DNA of 64,000 nucleotides from a virus, in the IMG/VR virus record IMGVR_UViG_3300031419_000012; one strand, 5' to 3'. The notes below the pieces were generated by a model. It saw nothing but the letters and a program-made list of their open reading frames with translations. It was not told where the DNA came from and made no database searches. Made by a program: the position numbers and the translations under genes. Positions 60,876 to 64,000 of this stretch are shown here, piece by piece (position 1 is the stretch's first letter; each line of letters begins with the position of its first letter).

Positions 60876-63506
60876 TCAGAGCACGGCAATTATGTCGTCT
60901 GCCGTTTTGCGCGTGTCGCCCTTGCATGACACGGATCGGCGTGCGGCCAGCGGCATGATCCTGAAGCCGTTGCGCGTGTACAAATCCACGACCGACGGCG
61001 CGCTGCTATTGGTAATGACTACCTTAGCGCCGCGCTTGCGCGCTGCCACCAGGCACTCCACCAGCCGCGTCTGATGCTCAAACGTAAAGGCGTTGCCGCT
61101 GTAGGCAGTAAAGCCGTTTTCGTCCGGCATCGGCTCATAAGGCGGATCGCAGAAAATCACGTCACCTTCGCCCGCCTGGCCGATCACATCCTCAAACCCG
61201 GCGCAGACAAACGTCATTTCTTTCTGCAGGCCAGCGAAGTGCTGCAATTCATCCAGCGGAAAGTAGTTTGCCCCTGCCTTTTTGTTCCAGCCCACGTTAA
61301 ACAGGCCTTTAAGGTTATACCGGCACAGCCCGTTAAAGCAGGTGCGCATCAGCGCCAGGAACAGTGCCGCATGCCGCACCGCGTGCGCCTGGCGTCCGTT
61401 AAATTCATTGCGCATGGCCACATAGGCTTCGTTAGTGAAACAGCCCTTTTCCAGCTGGTGAGCCGTATTAATCACGGCGTCCGGGTTGCCCTGCAGCTGA
61501 TTGAAGAGGTTAATCAGATCCGGGTTGATATCCCCCAGCAGGTTGCGCTTAAAGCCTGCGTTGATGAATACGGTACCGCTGCCAACAAACGGCTCAATCA
61601 GGCGCTTCCCGGCTGGCATTACCGCCAGTATTTCATCAAGCACGGAGTGTTTGCCGCCCGCCCATTTCAGGAACGATCGCGGATATTTATCCTCTGCAAC
61701 CTTTCGCGCCGGCGCACGCTTTTTCTTTGCCGCGGGTACTTCTCGGACGTAGGCCACGCCGTGACGGTCAGCAGCAGTAAGGCAGGGTGCTATGTCGATC
61801 ATCGGCTCAGTAGCGTTACCGCCGCTGCCCGGAGCGCGGCCTATCCAGTTGCCCGGAATACCGTAAATCGTGCCATCCGTATCGGCGCTATTTTTTGTCG
61901 GTGCTTCCGCCTGCGTGGTTGTGGCCACCAGCATGATCTGATTGGCAATGCGATCGCCAATCCAGCGCATAACCGGTACCGCCATTGAATTGCCAATCGC
62001 TTTATAACGCGGACCATCAGCCGCCAGGCGGTGTGCCTCTTCTTCCGGCATGTCAGGGTGCATCAGGCGCAGGTAAGCCAGTTCGTCAGCAGCAAGCGCG
62101 TTGCGTTTCTTCTCCGGTATCAGTGTCCAGCCATCCGGGAAGCCCTGCAGGCGCTCACATTCTTTGGGCGTCAGGCGCCGGACTTCGCAGCGGGTGACAA
62201 CTGACGGATAACCTTGCCCCGGCTTTCCGCCGCCGGCCGACAGTGCGCCCGTTATCTGTCCGTCGCCGTTGACCAAGCGGACTTCACCACGGGTGTTTTC
62301 AGCAAATGCTGCGTGCTCCTCACAGCGGGCAACACATGGCGCTGCATCACCTTTTCCCGTTTCGCCGGATTCAGCGTTCAGCGTATGGCACAGTTCGCCC
62401 ATATCCCCGCGCCCGTTGCGCGCTATTCGTGTCTGGAAACCATAGGCAATAGTAGGTGTGCCGCGTCCGGTACCATCTTCTGAGGCATCATGCCCTTCAG
62501 CCGTCAGGGTATGGCTTACTTCGCCCGTAGCGCTCTGTACTGCGAATGTCTCAACGTCGAAGTCATTACGCTGGCCTTTAGCCGTCAGGCACGCTGCCAC
62601 ATCCAGTGCGCCGGAACAGTTGCCGCCGCCAAACGCAACAGGAGGGGAATAGCTCCCGTCGCATTCAGCCGATTTCATACCGTTATCGCATTCAGAAATT
62701 AAATGACCGGCTGCGGCGTGTGCGAAGTCAGGGCCACCGACTCCAATGCCACTTGCAGTAAGGGAGGCAATTGCCTGCCCCGTTTTTCGGCTCGGCGGAG
62801 AATCCCGGCGCACGCCGTCGAACTCAAGAAGTATTTCTGCGGGATCAACATCGTTTCGAGCACTTGCGATAACGAAGATACGACGGCGGCGTTGGGCCAC
62901 TCCGAAGTATTGGGCATCAAGGAGCCGCCAGGCGAGTTTGCGCTGTCGTCCATAAACGCAACCAGACTTCGGCCACTTCGGAACATGCTTACCTTCGCTT
63001 TTGTTCCAGCGCCAGCCCGGTCCGCTTTTGCCGTATTCAGGTCTTGGACCAGGCTCAAATGCTTCATCTTCGCCAGCCATTCCGGCAAGGAAGAATCCAA
63101 AGGCATTGTCAGGTGTGCTGAGACTTCCTGGCACGTTTTCCCAAAGGTGGACGGCAGGCTGCTCGCCGTTTTCAATTCGTTTTTCATCAATGGCGTTCGC
63201 TAAATCTACATAAGAAAGGGTGAGCTGACCGCGCGGGTCATCGAGGCTTTTACGGAGCCCGGCGATAGAAAACGCCTGGCAGGGGGTGCCGCCAACCATG
63301 ACGGCTGGCGCCGGTATGGAACCGGCGCGTACGCCGGCCGCGATCTTTGTCATGTCCCCCAGGTTAGGCACATCCGGGTAGTGATGCGCCAGAACGGCGG
63401 CGGGAAACTTTTCAATCTCTGCAAACCAGGCTGCTTTCCATCCCAGCCCGTCCCATGCGACGCTGGCTGCTTCAATGCCCGAACAAACGGAGCCGTAATT
63501 AATCAT
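60876..63506 (-). CDS. dmt: Bifunctional C5-cytosine plus Dam-type adenine DNA methyltransferase
   Basis: C5 motifs SVCSGIE, GGTPCQAFS, WENVPG, QRRRR, YKAIGNS; D12 motifs LKWAGGK, IEPFVGSG, FCDPPY. Start ATG 63506. Confidence 0.93.
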   Translation of the reverse strand: MINYGSVCSGIEAASVAWDGLGWKAAWFAEIEKFPAAVLAHHYPDVPNLGDMTKIAAGVRAGSIPAPAVMVGGTPCQAFSIAGLRKSLDDPRGQLTLSYVDLANAIDEKRIENGEQPAVHLWENVPGSLSTPDNAFGFFLAGMAGEDEAFEPGPRPEYGKSGPGWRWNKSEGKHVPKWPKSGCVYGRQRKLAWRLLDAQYFGVAQRRRRIFVIASARNDVDPAEILLEFDGVRRDSPPSRKTGQAIASLTASGIGVGGPDFAHAAAGHLISECDNGMKSAECDGSYSPPVAFGGGNCSGALDVAACLTAKGQRNDFDVETFAVQSATGEVSHTLTAEGHDASEDGTGRGTPTIAYGFQTRIARNGRGDMGELCHTLNAESGETGKGDAAPCVARCEEHAAFAENTRGEVRLVNGDGQITGALSAGGGKPGQGYPSVVTRCEVRRLTPKECERLQGFPDGWTLIPEKKRNALAADELAYLRLMHPDMPEEEAHRLAADGPRYKAIGNSMAVPVMRWIGDRIANQIMLVATTTQAEAPTKNSADTDGTIYGIPGNWIGRAPGSGGNATEPMIDIAPCLTAADRHGVAYVREVPAAKKKRAPARKVAEDKYPRSFLKWAGGKHSVLDEILAVMPAGKRLIEPFVGSGTVFINAGFKRNLLGDINPDLINLFNQLQGNPDAVINTAHQLEKGCFTNEAYVAMRNEFNGRQAHAVRHAALFLALMRTCFNGLCRYNLKGLFNVGWNKKAGANYFPLDELQHFAGLQKEMTFVCAGFEDVIGQAGEGDVIFCDPPYEPMPDENGFTAYSGNAFTFEHQTRLVECLVAARKRGAKVVITNSSAPSVVDLYTRNGFRIMPLAARRSVSCKGDTRKTADDIIAVL

Positions 63507-64000
63507 GCAAATGCTCCGGCTTCTGCGTATTCGGTAAAGAAATTTGAGTCGATCCACTCACTGATGGATGGCGGAGTAACCTTTTCGATAGCGGCTTTAA
63601 GGATTGAACAGCGCCCTCTAAGAACGAGGCGCTTTACTTCCTGCTCAGAGAGCCCACGGCAGTAGTCAGCTGTCTCAATTGAGGTGGTGATGTCAGGGTA
63701 CTTTTCCCGCGTTTTTGGGATGTTGCATGCCAGATTTGTACTATCAGCCGTATCGAGGGGATAGTTACCCAGGACGCGGCCATCCAGCATTCGCAAGCCG
63801 TGTATTTTGGTCGCAAACTGGCGCTTAACGTAAATAGCTTCAAACGCCTCTTTCATGCGGGCATGCCACTGCATTGTACGGATAACCGCATACTGGCCAG
63901 ACGATCCGAAACAGACGCGTGGCCATTCGCTGCAGAGCTCCACCAAACGATCAATGCTTTCGTGCAGGTGCCATACCGGCGCTGCCTTATCGCGCAGGTG
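63503..64000 (-). CDS. TIM-barrel/TGT-like phage protein, C-terminal part (5' end outside window)
   Basis: APVWHLHES...RVCFGSSG...KIHGLRMLD...TADSTN; stop overlaps the dmt start (ATGA). Confidence 0.6.
   Translation of the reverse strand, partial: HLRDKAAPVWHLHESIDRLVELCSEWPRVCFGSSGQYAVIRTMQWHARMKEAFEAIYVKRQFATKIHGLRMLDGRVLGNYPLDTADSTNLACNIPKTREKYPDITTSIETADYCRGLSEQEVKRLVLRGRCSILKAAIEKVTPPSISEWIDSNFFTEYAEAGAFA

Overview
The window is about two-thirds of a P1/D6-like (punavirus-type) temperate phage-plasmid of an enterobacterial host. Gene identifications come from motifs and from recalled similarity to P1 proteins; no database search was run. From left to right it holds: the 5' part of a Cre/Dre-type recombinase with a rox-like site, the C1 repressor, pacB/pacA terminase with a GATC-rich pac site, a ParM/ParR-type partition pair, lpa, and an early region. 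Next come ulx-darB, portal, prohead protease, repL, a lambda-type endolysin and a LysR/hydrolase/MFS cargo cassette. These are followed by a truncated ddrB, ddrA-darA-hdf-lydB-lydA, tail fibre, baseplate, tape measure, tube, sheath and capsid genes, spanins, a PAAR protein and the Dcm-Dam fusion methylase. The most striking feature is a ~2 kb stretch with no credible ORF (8859-10756, minus strand). It carries a tandem array of tRNA-shaped RNAs, none with a normal anticodon arm: one lacks the arm, two carry insertions after a Lys(UUU)-like loop, and several are c4-like acceptor+T-arm RNAs with antisense leaders. Other notable signals are three Tad2/DUF2829-like domains (one fused to a TetR-like HTH) and a probable +1 frameshift before the tape measure gene. 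There is also a late-promoter consensus found at 7 sites, a recurrent operator motif, and ddrB stopped at a predicted protease site.
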